From positions 68,878 through 132,877 of the forward strand of contig CAYTBT010000003.1 in NCBI GenBank assembly GCA_964436125.1: a DNA stretch of 64,000 nucleotides, written 5' to 3'. The notes under the pieces were generated by a model. It saw nothing but the letters and a program-made list of their open reading frames with translations. It had not been told where the DNA came from and did no database searches. The DNA comes from an uncultured Saprospiraceae bacterium. GTDB taxonomy: Bacteria > Bacteroidota > Bacteroidia > Chitinophagales > Saprospiraceae. The position numbers and the translations under genes were made by a program. Positions 10,412 to 20,803 of this stretch are shown one piece after another (the stretch's first letter is position 1; every line of letters starts with the position of its first letter).

Positions 10412-11233
10412 TTATTGTTCCTTCTGAGCATTTAGCCCCCAATCGTAATCTTTAAAAATAATTTTGGTAGTCGAGTCGATGCCTAGTGGTTTATATAAAT
10501 CACCACTATCCCCTTGCGAAGAAATAAAATCACCGGCATACCACTTAAAAATCTTTGAGACGTAAGCCGTGTCACCATTCACAAGTTCATTCCACTTAGA
10601 ACCTTTGATGAATTTAGCTCCTGCCTGATCGAGCTGAACATCAAGTTTATCCGCCGTATAAGCTTGATTGCTTAAAGGTGGGCATGAATTGGACGCACAG
10701 ACAATGGCAAAATGAATCCGCGGTTCATTAAATTTCTCTCGCAAAATCTTATTTTCGATATCATCGAGGCAATAAGTCTTATCACCGATATGAATAAACT
10801 TAATATCCCATGGTGTCTTCACGGCAGGATTATCACTTTTTATCTCCTTAATACTTTCTACAGGATAATGATTTAAAATGAGCTCAATTGTAAAGGCATT
10901 GTATGCGTTAATCCAATATGCAAGTCTTTCCTCTCGCGACCACTCAAGTGTCGGTGGATTCTTTGAAAGCACAGTAAGATACTTTTCCAACTCATCTTGA
11001 GCTTCCGCAAATCCCCTATAATTCACAAGCCCTTCATCGTTTACATATTCCTGAAGCAAATCGGTAAATAAAGTATGGTTTATCGGGTGCTCAGGAATCG
11101 AATCATGCACTAGATTCTCTTGCGTATACAGATCTTTCTCACTTTCAGCAGAGCCCGGATTTACACAAGCTAAAACTACAAATATGTATATACTCACAAG
11201 CACGCCCCCTATTCTTTTTACATTATCATTCAT
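10412..11233 (-). CDS. DUF547 domain protein (secreted)
   Basis: 273 aa with a signal peptide. The ERLAYWINAYNAFTIELIL and FAIVCASNSCPPL motifs are recalled as typical of DUF547. Confidence 0.7.
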   Translation of the reverse strand: MNDNVKRIGGVLVSIYIFVVLACVNPGSAESEKDLYTQENLVHDSIPEHPINHTLFTDLLQEYVNDEGLVNYRGFAEAQDELEKYLTVLSKNPPTLEWSREERLAYWINAYNAFTIELILNHYPVESIKEIKSDNPAVKTPWDIKFIHIGDKTYCLDDIENKILREKFNEPRIHFAIVCASNSCPPLSNQAYTADKLDVQLDQAGAKFIKGSKWNELVNGDTAYVSKIFKWYAGDFISSQGDSGDLYKPLGIDSTTKIIFKDYDWGLNAQKEQ

Positions 11234-11366
11234 CTCAAAAAATAGAATTAAAGATCTCCTATAACATCTAGTCTATCGTATGGAAAAATCAATCTACACT
11301 TCCCACATCATGTATCGTCCAGCAATCCCTCTTCTCAACACACAAGCCACAGGAATTTAATAAAAA

Positions 11367-12245
11367 TCAATAAAAAGAATGCTTTGCAGCATCAAGCGTA
11401 TTCAACAGGAGCGAGGTAACTGTCAAAGGTCCTACACCACCGGGAACAGGTGTTATTGCACTACAATGTTCCTTTAAACCATCAAAGTCCGCATCACCGA
11501 CAATCCTGTAACCTTTTGCACGACTGGAATCATTTATCCGATTTATTCCCACATCAATAACGACCGCCCCTTCTTTCACCATCTCTTTTTTCAGATAATG
11601 GGCTTTCCCTATGGCAACAATAATAATGTCACCTTGTTTGATTATCGCCCCGGGATTTTCAGTCCTACTATGAACAACCGTAACAGTACAATTGCCAGGT
11701 TCTCGACGAGAGGAAAGCAGAATACTGATCGGCCTTCCTACGATTGCAGAGCGACCTATAACGACACAATGTTTACCTTCTGTATCAATCTCGTAATTAT
11801 CCAATAATTGAAGAATACCATAAGGCGTCGCTGGCAAATAAGACGGAAGATTAAGCATCATTCTTCCGAGATTGGCAGGATGAAAGCCATCGACGTCTTT
11901 ATCAGGCGCAATAGCAAGATTAATTTTATCTTTATCTATATGCTCGGGAAGTGGTAATTGAACCATAAAACCATCGACAAGATCATCCTTATTCAGTTTA
12001 TCAATAAGTTCCAGTAATTCCTCTTCACGTACACTCTCATCAAGATGAATCAAACTTGATTCCATGCCTACCTTTTTACAACTTTTGACTTTGCTTTTAA
12101 CATAGGAAGCCGATGCAGGATTATTGCCCACAAGTACTACAACAAGGTGCGGAGATCGACCGTGTACACTCTCCAAGTCTTGGACTTCTACAGCAATCCT
12201 TTTCTTTAATTTCTTTGACAACTTTTTACCATCCAGTAACTTCAT
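11367..12245 (-). CDS. folD: Bifunctional methylenetetrahydrofolate dehydrogenase/cyclohydrolase FolD
   Basis: 292 aa. Motifs LVGNNPASASYVKSK, DVDGFHP, VVIGRSAIVGRP and TPVPGGVGPLT. Confidence 0.95.
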   Translation of the reverse strand: MKLLDGKKLSKKLKKRIAVEVQDLESVHGRSPHLVVVLVGNNPASASYVKSKVKSCKKVGMESSLIHLDESVREEELLELIDKLNKDDLVDGFMVQLPLPEHIDKDKINLAIAPDKDVDGFHPANLGRMMLNLPSYLPATPYGILQLLDNYEIDTEGKHCVVIGRSAIVGRPISILLSSRREPGNCTVTVVHSRTENPGAIIKQGDIIIVAIGKAHYLKKEMVKEGAVVIDVGINRINDSSRAKGYRIVGDADFDGLKEHCSAITPVPGGVGPLTVTSLLLNTLDAAKHSFY

Positions 12246-12920
12246 TCATTCAGTTTTACATTGTTGAAGAGGTGAATTCATTTAACACAAGTAATTTCAT
12301 GAGACTCCATTTATTTGCTTACGCAAATATTCTTATCCGTCAACCCTTATCCATATTCCTCTCCGCAAAGATATCCATTGCAGAGCAATTCACAGCTTTT
12401 CACCATCGACTTTTCTTTAAAACAAAAGGATATTCTTCTATTCTCAAGCCATAACTACATCATTTCAATCAATTCAAAAGGTCTTAATTTTACTTTTCAT
12501 ATATTATACTAAGCAATATAAGAATACAGAAAAGAAGATAAGTAATAAGCACTGTAGTATATCGATCTAATCGTGAGTCAAAATCAAAATAATTACTATT
12601 TTCTTCAACAATTCTTTTTATTCTACATTTTATTTTATATTCGAACCTTGTTACTTAATTTGCTTTACTGACGACAATGCAAGAAAGATAATCTATAGCC
12701 ATTTAATCAGCGACAACGCTGGTATAATGCAATTCACAGGACAGATAATCCCTAAATATTGCTCGTTTAAGTGAAGTGATAGAGTAAATGGAATTAATTG
12801 CAATAATCTTATATTGTTGTTGTTTTAATGAATTAACATAGTAATAACATTATAATGACAGAAATAAAATTATTGCGGTGTATTTATTAATTATCAAGCA
12901 TCATTTTAAACATTTATGTT

Positions 12921-13634
12921 ATGGACAATTCAAGTTTAACACAGTTGGAGATCCAAAATCTCATCAATCTGTACAATTCTGAATTGAGAAAGCTGCATTT
13001 TCAATACAGCAAAACTCAGAATACTATTAAGGAGCTACAAGACTCTCTTGAAGGAGTTGAAATAGGTCAACAAGTCCCAGGAGATATAAGTACTGTAGAA
13101 GAACCGGAAACACCGGTAAAACGCGGTCCGGGAAGACCACCGAAGAAGCGTGGACCGGGAAGACCGCCTAAGGCCAAACGTGGACCGGGAAGACCGCCTA
13201 AGGCCAAGCGTGGTCCGGGAAGACCACCGAAGGCCAAGCGTGGTCCGGGAAGACCACCGAAGAAACGTGGACCGGGAAGACCACCGAAGAAACGTGGACC
13301 GGGAAGACCACCAAAGGCTAAAAGTGCTTCAACCGGCACTAAAAGCTCTTCTACAGGTAGAAAGAAACGCGTAGTGAAAGGTGGTGGTTATAAGCTGAGT
13401 GATTGGGATAAGTTCCTTATTCATACAATTCAACAAAGTAGTAGCCCCATGATTAATAAAGAGATTCTCGCTGTTGCAAAGGAAAAGTATAAGAATGAGT
13501 CAGAATCCAATTTAAGTGGAAAAATCTCTCGTTCTATCCATAAACTTGCCAATAAGCGGAAAGTTCTTAAAAAGCATAAGTACGAGGGTCGCGGCTATGC
13601 TTATACAGTTAATCCTAATGCTAAGTGGCATTAA
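12921..13634 (+). CDS. DNA-binding protein candidate with seven tandem AT-hook-like repeats (K)RGPGRPPK(A/K) and a C-terminal winged-helix-like module
   Basis: 237-aa ORF. The repeat codons are in frame, whereas the overlapping ORFs in other frames are repeat shadows. Each repeat has a GRP core flanked by basic residues. Confidence 0.7.
   Translation: MDNSSLTQLEIQNLINLYNSELRKLHFQYSKTQNTIKELQDSLEGVEIGQQVPGDISTVEEPETPVKRGPGRPPKKRGPGRPPKAKRGPGRPPKAKRGPGRPPKAKRGPGRPPKKRGPGRPPKKRGPGRPPKAKSASTGTKSSSTGRKKRVVKGGGYKLSDWDKFLIHTIQQSSSPMINKEILAVAKEKYKNESESNLSGKISRSIHKLANKRKVLKKHKYEGRGYAYTVNPNAKWH
13118..13323 (+). repeat. Seven tandem 27/30-nt coding repeats (cgtggaccgggaagaccaccgaag...)
   Basis: Direct reading. 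The units differ mainly at synonymous or K/A positions. Confidence 0.95.
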
Positions 13635-14382
13635 TACACTTTGTTTCTCAGTTTACATGGGGCTTCTGAGTGGATATTTTCTCGTGAATAGTTTTTATCT
13701 ATAATTTCCCTGATATATCACTTTATGCCAGCCTTTTAAGCTAGAACAAGCATAGTATTATATTACTGAAGAAAGAAGGTAGAATAACTTATTAATCCAG
13801 GTTATAAATCCGGGCTATTGTCGTTTATATCAGTGCCACGGAAAGCCTGACTACTTAATCGGATAAGTTATTCTCCTTTTATCTCTCTTTTCCTTTCACA
13901 TCTGTGCATATCCCTTATTTCCCAAATTATGTAATGCGCCAGGGTCGCACACGATAGAAATGTGCCTGAATGTAGTCTTTGATTCGACGAGACCTTTGGC
14001 CCTTAAACAACCATTAATGAGGAAATCAAGATCTCCCATCCTAGACTATCAGAAGCTTTTATACTTACTAGCCGCTCACAGAAACTCGTCTTTATTCCGC
14101 CCAGGACAGATCCAGCGACAACTTGACATTCTTATGCCTCATCAGTACTACTCTCATTTATGATAAAAACCAAATTCGAGCAAGCACATACCCGACAGAA
14201 TGCGACCTGCGGCCATACCGGGGACATATATTCACATTTAAAGACCTTTCTGTCTTTAATTTTGCATTTGCCGAAAGGCAGAATAGAGAGATTAAATCAT
14301 CAAGCTATGCATAAGGAATTAAGTTCAGCATTCTAGATCAAACAACTTTTATCAAGGTCAGAGGACGCAATAAATCAGATGT

Positions 14383-16662
14383 TTAGAAGAAAAACTTAGC
14401 ACCGATGCTAGGCAAAATCGGAAGCTGGTTTATGCGTTCATACTCGATACGATTAAAGTAAAATATATTTTTGCGGTCATAAACATTGGTGACACTTGCT
14501 GTAAGTTCGAGACCAGTATTTTCACTGAGCTCAATGCGCTTTTTAATTGAAATGTCAAGTCGGTGATAACTAGGTAATCGACCGCCGAATCTCTTGGTGT
14601 CATAGATAATGCCGATTTCTTTCGGATTATTGGTCTTATAATCGGGAAAATCCCCATCGAGGAATGAATAAAAAGTATAAAAACCTTTAGTCTTGGTAAA
14701 AGGGAACCCGGTCCCGAAGTTCCATCTGGCGCTGACTGTCCATGAATCATCTTTCCCAAAGGAAAAATTACCTAAGACATTTAAATTGTGCCGTCTATCA
14801 AATACCGTAGGATAGACTTGCTCGCCATCTTTTCTATTGACAAATCCATAGGAATAAGCAAGCCACAAGTACCACGGTCCTGAGCTATACTTGGCTGAGA
14901 ATTCTGCTCCATAAGCCTCCCCTACGACACTGATATAGTCCGGATCATTTAAATCGCGCTTATTGTTGTTGATATTTATCAAGTTTAGAAAATCTTTATA
15001 ATAGGCTTCAAGATTCAATTGTAATCTATGTGATGGATCATACTCAACACCGGCGACATAATGTATAGCTCGTTGCAATTGCGTATTCAATTTCTGACCG
15101 GTAACCGGGCTGTACAAGGCTGCCTCAGGGCCGGAGAGGAAACCATAAAAGAGATTCACAATTTCATTTTCATTGACCGTAGAAATAAGGTTCTGCGTAT
15201 AGTATCCAGTTGCCGCTTTCAATCTAAATTTATCGGTTATATTATACTTCAGGCCTAGTCGCGGCTCAAAGCTAGGTTCACCAAATGTCGCATAATACTG
15301 GAATCGCACTGATGGATCGAGAATCAGGTCTCCGAGGATGAATTTATACTTGGCATAAGCACTTAATTCTATCGTGTTCTGGTCATCGTCATAATGATGG
15401 TTGAGATTATTGACAAAGTCAAATTCCGTATTAAATCCCTCCATTCTGATACCGTATTCTAGCTTGTTATCTCCATAGACATTGGTAAGATCGAGGTGCA
15501 ATGCATAATTCAATATCTTATTATTCCTTGGTTTCCCATCAAACTTATCAAGGTTAATCGCATATTCTGATATTGACACGCCACCATTGACAATCACATT
15601 ACTACTCGGTGGTATTACCTTAAAATTGGTCCCTGCTCCCCATGAATTCCATTTTAAGCTAGCAAGATCGACGTAATTTACCATATCGGAGAAGTTGAAA
15701 CCAAATAACTCCCAATTGGTCCCAAGGCTAGATAGCAATGAAACCTTTCCATAAATATCTGTATAATCAAATGGCAATCCATTTTCTTTATCTCTTGCTG
15801 CATAATCATATAATGACCGCGAGGTGTATGGTAGAAGTGACTTCTTTGCTGTAATGAGGTATGAAAGGCTTGTCTTGTTATCTTCACTCAATGGAATTAT
15901 AGGCCCCTCCAGCAATGCCTTGGCCTGAAATGGTGATGCAGATACGAGTCCTGAAAATCGTTTCCTATTTCCACTGCGCATAGAAATATCCACGACTGCT
16001 GAAATACGTCCGCCATACCTAGCATCAAATCCTCCTGTCAAGACTTCCACATTATTAATTGCTGCCGTTTCAAATACCGAATAAAAACCAATGCTATGAA
16101 AGGCATTGTATATCGTCATTCCATCTAGTAGTATTTTATTCTGTACAGGGGCTCCACCACGGATGTACAAACGCCCGCCTTGATCTCCGGTAAAAATAAT
16201 CCCGGGAATAACGGAGAGATATTGTGCGATATCCGGTGCGCCTCCTGTTGAAGGAAGAAGTTTAATCTGCTTCTGGCTTAAAGTAACACTGGAAATACGC
16301 ACTTCTTCTTTCCTTTGCTTTTCTTGCGCAGAAATATTTACCCTGGAAAGACTGATATTCCCTTTGGGAAGGATAAATGATAGATTCTTAATCTCTCGTT
16401 CACCGAGCTCAACATGAATTGTATCAGGTTTATAACCAATAAAAGAGGCGACCACATCATAGCTGCCTGCCTCGACATTGGTCATATTAAAAAATCCTTC
16501 TTCATCGGCTGATACACTATAGTCTGTTCCTATGATAAAAACATCAGCGTACATAATCGGGTTTCCACTCTCTTCATCGAGAACAGTACCACGGATAATA
16601 GAGCCTTGCCCCATTGCCAAAGAAGTATATAATAATGCTGTTAAAATGTAAATATATCGCAT
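14383..16662 (-). CDS. TonB-dependent receptor with N-terminal carboxypeptidase-regulatory-like domain
   Basis: Signal peptide MRYIYILTALLYTSLAMG, then GTVLDEESGNPIMYADV (CarboxypepD_reg), a plug region and a C-terminal beta-barrel ending in an aromatic residue (...GAKFFF). The start is taken at the internal ATG 16662. Confidence 0.85.
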   Translation of the reverse strand: MRYIYILTALLYTSLAMGQGSIIRGTVLDEESGNPIMYADVFIIGTDYSVSADEEGFFNMTNVEAGSYDVVASFIGYKPDTIHVELGEREIKNLSFILPKGNISLSRVNISAQEKQRKEEVRISSVTLSQKQIKLLPSTGGAPDIAQYLSVIPGIIFTGDQGGRLYIRGGAPVQNKILLDGMTIYNAFHSIGFYSVFETAAINNVEVLTGGFDARYGGRISAVVDISMRSGNRKRFSGLVSASPFQAKALLEGPIIPLSEDNKTSLSYLITAKKSLLPYTSRSLYDYAARDKENGLPFDYTDIYGKVSLLSSLGTNWELFGFNFSDMVNYVDLASLKWNSWGAGTNFKVIPPSSNVIVNGGVSISEYAINLDKFDGKPRNNKILNYALHLDLTNVYGDNKLEYGIRMEGFNTEFDFVNNLNHHYDDDQNTIELSAYAKYKFILGDLILDPSVRFQYYATFGEPSFEPRLGLKYNITDKFRLKAATGYYTQNLISTVNENEIVNLFYGFLSGPEAALYSPVTGQKLNTQLQRAIHYVAGVEYDPSHRLQLNLEAYYKDFLNLININNNKRDLNDPDYISVVGEAYGAEFSAKYSSGPWYLWLAYSYGFVNRKDGEQVYPTVFDRRHNLNVLGNFSFGKDDSWTVSARWNFGTGFPFTKTKGFYTFYSFLDGDFPDYKTNNPKEIGIIYDTKRFGGRLPSYHRLDISIKKRIELSENTGLELTASVTNVYDRKNIFYFNRIEYERINQLPILPSIGAKFFF

Positions 16663-17187
16663 TCGCCTTGTTTTAATGTTGAGTCCTTCTTCCGATCTCA
16701 AGTATAATTATCCATTTGTGGACCTTTATTTTACTTGCTTTTCCTTTCATCCGTCCTATTCTAGTGCACATTAAACTTATATAAAGAGTAATATGCTCAA
16801 GCATAAAGGCCAAAATGACTCTTTCTAGTAATTTTAGCCTGGCAAACTTACTGAATCAATCAGAAAAATCCGACTTCTTCACTTCATTCATAGAAAATTA
16901 ACATTTGAATGGACCGGTCGCCTATAACCTTGTTATACTCGTCTATCTCAATTTAAAACGGAGCTGACCTTTCCGCTGTTGAAGAACGGCTTTTATAGCC
17001 TATGATTCACTCGTTTATTAATCAAAATCCTGTGTAGTGTATTTCATAGAAAAGGACTATCCCATCACTTTAAGATGAAATTGCCCTCTTCTATACAACC
17101 CTTGTGTCTTACTCGCTTTTATACCCAAAGTATGTGGTCTTACTGAGACGCATTGCATATTTTCAATATAGAAATCTGCGATATATT

Positions 17188-19233
17188 TCAATCAATTCTA
17201 TGAATCTCTCCATCGGTAATCGTCACTACTTGTGCGCCTTTATAACCACGACTGATTACCTTCTGCTGTATTGCTCTTGCGGTATCGACATCAGAATAAT
17301 CTCCTAGGAGAAAGATAGTGAAGTTTCCATGTTTCATCCTCTGAATATTTCCAAGTTCATCAACCTTCTCCGGGCTAAACCATTTGGGTTGTGAATAGGT
17401 GGCAATTCTGACTTTATATTTTCCGACCGGAGTTGATTCCGCAGCAAAATCGTCATCCTGGCGCTCAGTAGATGCAGATTGTTGCGTTTCAGCCGCTTGT
17501 TCTGCCACTGTAGGCCTTAAATCAGCAGAACTTGAGCTATATATTACTTGCTCTTCAACGATAAATGCATCTCCATATCCACGGCTCCGGATGACATTCA
17601 GTGTTTTCTTTGCACGTTCATAGCTATCATAACTTCCCACTCGTATTTTGATTACTTCGGGGAAATACACCTTATATACTGCATCTACGTCGCTTAATTG
17701 CTCGCCATAGTATTGAAGTTGCTCAGTATTGTTCAATCCTACGATAGCAACTTGAACAGTATAGATAGTTTCAATATCGCCGGCTGGATTCTGCTTTATT
17801 GCAGCTAATTCGCCTTTTTCTAGCCGGTCAGTTAGTTGCACCATAACAGGAACGCTGGCTCTCCGGGCATCAGCTTCTCCACTTGTGTGCGTCTTGCCTT
17901 GGCTCACATTTGCGAAAGCTGATTGAAATTCATTGCTCATATCAATATGCTTTTCCGTATAAGATGTATTCACTATCTCCGCTGCCTTATCCATCGTAGG
18001 CAGAGAATTAAAACTGTACACATCCACATTTCCTTCTTCATTCATCGCAGTAAGGTAATATTGATTGCCGATATGCGTCAATGCATATTCATCGCGTTGC
18101 GTATTCACGCCATACCCAAGATTCATCGGTTTGGTCCACTCTGCTGTCTCGGCATTGAATTGAGTCTGGAAAAGATCGTATCCACCAAATCCCTTCATCC
18201 AATTACTCGCATAAACAAGCTTTTCCTTTATGCTTTGAGGAAATGTTTCGTCCCCCGCTGTATTTATAGTACTTCCCAAGTTTTCAGCTTTTGTCCACTT
18301 CCCATTCAAGGTCCGAGTCGAGCGGTAGATGTCATAACCGCCATAGCCACCCTTCTTATTACTCATGAAGTAAATAGTGTTGCCATCCGCTGTGTAACAA
18401 GCCGCTGCAGTGTTATAATCAACGCCATTAAAGGGCATCGCCTTTATATCAATCAACTCTCCGTCAATTAATTGTGCTGTATATAAACTCATGCCATTTA
18501 CCTCACTTCTCAATTCTGTAAGGAACCCAGCTTGCGTAATCCGTGTAAAAATAACCTCATTGCTCGTCGGATTCATCGCGATCAATGGCATAGCTTTCCA
18601 TGCCTGTAAATCTTTTAACAGAAATGTCGGTTGTGAAAATGAACCTCCTTCCGTTCTGTGCGTAGAAAATAGCTGCGTCGTCTCGGCAGCGGAATTAAAA
18701 CTCGGCCGCACCATGTCTCGACGGTCTGAGGCATACACTATATTCTCCTCATACGCCGCAGGAAAGCCATCAAATGCCGTTGTGTTCCAGCTCATTTCTT
18801 TCCGCACTACAGCTACCTTCTGTGTTTTGGCAGTATTTTCAGCCCAGCGCATAGCTTCCACAAAATGCTGGCTAACATACGGATCAAAATTCCCATAAAC
18901 TTCATAATACTTCATCGCTTCAGCATACTCTCCTTGCTTTCTCAATGCCTCAGCAAGTGGCAAATACGCTTTCTGAAAATCCGGATAATTCTTCACGATA
19001 TCTTTATACACTTTAATCGCTTTCCCATCTTGTGCTGTTGTCGTGTATAAACGCGCGAGCTTGTATAACTGAAATTCATCAAGCATTTCATACGATGCCT
19101 GATATACAGCAATTGCATCGGAATATTCCCCCATATCAGAATATACTTCTGCCAGTTCTACATTCCCTTTCTGCGCTATTATAGCTTGCGCAAATGTCAT
19201 TATACATACCAAGAATAAAATTGATTTCTTCAT
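17188..19233 (-). CDS. TPR / WD40-like (PD40) beta-propeller / SPOR-like domain protein
   Basis: Signal peptide MKKSILFLVCIMTFAQA, N-terminal TPR-like repeats, repeated GGYGGYDIY / GFGGYDLF PD40-like motifs, and two C-terminal Y(T/K)VQ(V/I)A...GY SPOR-like modules. The start is taken at ATG 19233. Confidence 0.6.
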   Translation of the reverse strand: MKKSILFLVCIMTFAQAIIAQKGNVELAEVYSDMGEYSDAIAVYQASYEMLDEFQLYKLARLYTTTAQDGKAIKVYKDIVKNYPDFQKAYLPLAEALRKQGEYAEAMKYYEVYGNFDPYVSQHFVEAMRWAENTAKTQKVAVVRKEMSWNTTAFDGFPAAYEENIVYASDRRDMVRPSFNSAAETTQLFSTHRTEGGSFSQPTFLLKDLQAWKAMPLIAMNPTSNEVIFTRITQAGFLTELRSEVNGMSLYTAQLIDGELIDIKAMPFNGVDYNTAAACYTADGNTIYFMSNKKGGYGGYDIYRSTRTLNGKWTKAENLGSTINTAGDETFPQSIKEKLVYASNWMKGFGGYDLFQTQFNAETAEWTKPMNLGYGVNTQRDEYALTHIGNQYYLTAMNEEGNVDVYSFNSLPTMDKAAEIVNTSYTEKHIDMSNEFQSAFANVSQGKTHTSGEADARRASVPVMVQLTDRLEKGELAAIKQNPAGDIETIYTVQVAIVGLNNTEQLQYYGEQLSDVDAVYKVYFPEVIKIRVGSYDSYERAKKTLNVIRSRGYGDAFIVEEQVIYSSSSADLRPTVAEQAAETQQSASTERQDDDFAAESTPVGKYKVRIATYSQPKWFSPEKVDELGNIQRMKHGNFTIFLLGDYSDVDTARAIQQKVISRGYKGAQVVTITDGEIHRID

Positions 19234-19558
19234 CTCATTTCCTTTTTTTGACCTTGAAATCGAGCTGCCGGTCCGCCGACTAGACATCTCATTTATACAA
19301 AGATAGTTCTTTTATTAAACATATACAAATTTTTTATAATATGTACTTCTATTTCTATCAGTGTAATTCAAATAAGAAATATTGATGTTATGAATTCTGT
19401 GGAGCTTATTGTGAACTTGCAAGGTTGTGAAATCACAAAATCGCAAAATTGTTAAGTCGTAGGGACGAAATCAAGGAATTTAATAAGGTACAGCCCAATT
19501 GTATTGTGCCCCGGTTTCATATCAGTTTTAAAAAACCACTCAATATTGACTAAAACAC

Positions 19559-20803
19559 TCAGTGCTTTCTTATCTGAAATTTATGTTCATAGTTCCCTAT
19601 CTGCGGATAAAAGGGATCAATATAATGATAGACAGTATCACTGATTGCGCCGAGTTGTGGCTGACCTGCATCAATCCACGCGGTGTACCAGGCTGACCCT
19701 ACTGCCTTAATTGCATGGCGGAAGCGTTTCTCTACCATATCATTCATCGCCTCATTATAGGCTGCAGCATAAGCTGCACATTCTGTGCGGACAATCCTTC
19801 CCAATCTCTCGTCGTAGCAATAAATAGCTGATTTATCCCAGCTTTCTCTCAGACGTTTTTCAATCAATAGAACGGAATCAACATAGGAATGGCTTTTCAA
19901 CACAATGTCCCAGAAATATTTCTCTTTATTCTCAATATAAACAGCTTTTCCTACAAAAAAATCAAACTGACGCTCAGCAAAGAGTTCCGGTATTCTACTC
20001 TCCCAAAATGCATGAATTCCATCCTGTCCGGTAAGGTCGCCATCATAGTTGACCGTTGTATGTAGAGGCACATGTGCATCGGCAATATAATGGCCGAGCT
20101 CAGCAGCATAATTTAAGATGCGTGGCACATCTTTTTTCTTAAAAGCATCGGTGAGTCTGTGTTGCATACGTGGCAGAAAATAAGGCACCACACCGAATGG
20201 AGATAATCGATCCACACCGACAATTGTGTAGTGAGCGCTACTGTCTTTCTCCCCTATTTCTGCAAGGAAAATGCTTGCATCCACTTCCCATTCCTCTGCA
20301 TAATATTGCGGATAAAAAAGATGATTAAAAGCATGCAGGTAATTCCCTTTGGAAATAACTAGCTCCTTGCCGTCCGGGAGGTTGATTTTCACTGAATCCA
20401 CCACAAATGATTCCTTCACCGGAAAATTAAACATCTCAACGGTATCGCCTTCATCACTGACGGCCTTCAAGACGGTAAACTTGGCGAGTGCTGTTCTCCA
20501 GTCGCGCGGCAGGTTATCAAATGGCGGCTCTCCCCAGTGATCGATATCGATATAGTGGCGGATTGCTTCAAATGAATTGGAATATCGTCGTTTATCGGGA
20601 TCGACTGCATGCTCACTGATAAAATTGATATTTTTCTTAAAAAACACTATGAGTTCCGGCGGTAAGGTAAATACCGCCATACGATTAATGAGTCGATGCG
20701 CATAAAAACCCCAATCTTCATCAACATGAAGCGGGAATGCTAGCGTAAATGAAAACATGCAAGCCGCTGCAATGAGTATCGCTATATTCCGTAAGCAGCG
20801 CAT
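19559..20803 (-). CDS. Zinc-dependent phospholipase C-like family protein
   Basis: 414 aa with a signal peptide. The motifs WGFYAHRLINRMAVFTLP, AVDPDKRRY, RHYIDIDHW and HYIADAHVPLHTT are recalled as the Bacteroidota zinc-dependent PLC family pattern. Confidence 0.6.
   Translation of the reverse strand: MRCLRNIAILIAAACMFSFTLAFPLHVDEDWGFYAHRLINRMAVFTLPPELIVFFKKNINFISEHAVDPDKRRYSNSFEAIRHYIDIDHWGEPPFDNLPRDWRTALAKFTVLKAVSDEGDTVEMFNFPVKESFVVDSVKINLPDGKELVISKGNYLHAFNHLFYPQYYAEEWEVDASIFLAEIGEKDSSAHYTIVGVDRLSPFGVVPYFLPRMQHRLTDAFKKKDVPRILNYAAELGHYIADAHVPLHTTVNYDGDLTGQDGIHAFWESRIPELFAERQFDFFVGKAVYIENKEKYFWDIVLKSHSYVDSVLLIEKRLRESWDKSAIYCYDERLGRIVRTECAAYAAAYNEAMNDMVEKRFRHAIKAVGSAWYTAWIDAGQPQLGAISDTVYHYIDPFYPQIGNYEHKFQIRKH

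Noticed and set aside
13067-13374. ORFs 13067..13339 (-) and 13150..13374 (+) with repetitive translations (GGLPGPR..., DREDRLRP...)
   Set aside because: They are alternative-frame or antisense readings of the 27/30-nt AT-hook coding repeats. Only the 12921..13634 frame continues into non-repetitive sequence on both sides.
13940-14230. tmRNA, RNase P RNA or SRP RNA in the 13.6-14.4 kb gap (GATTCGACGAG resembles the tmRNA 5' region)
   Set aside because: On neither strand is there a tRNA-like T-arm and acceptor 3' end, a GGAAAGTCCGG P4 element or an SRP GGAAGCAGCC motif. The resemblance is limited to one short word.
16663-17187. Possible riboswitch (cobalamin or TPP) upstream of the TonB-dependent receptor
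   Set aside because: No B12 box (GCCACTG-type) and no TPP core (CTGAGA...ACCTGAT...) could be assembled on the minus strand. Only an isolated ACTGAGA word is present.
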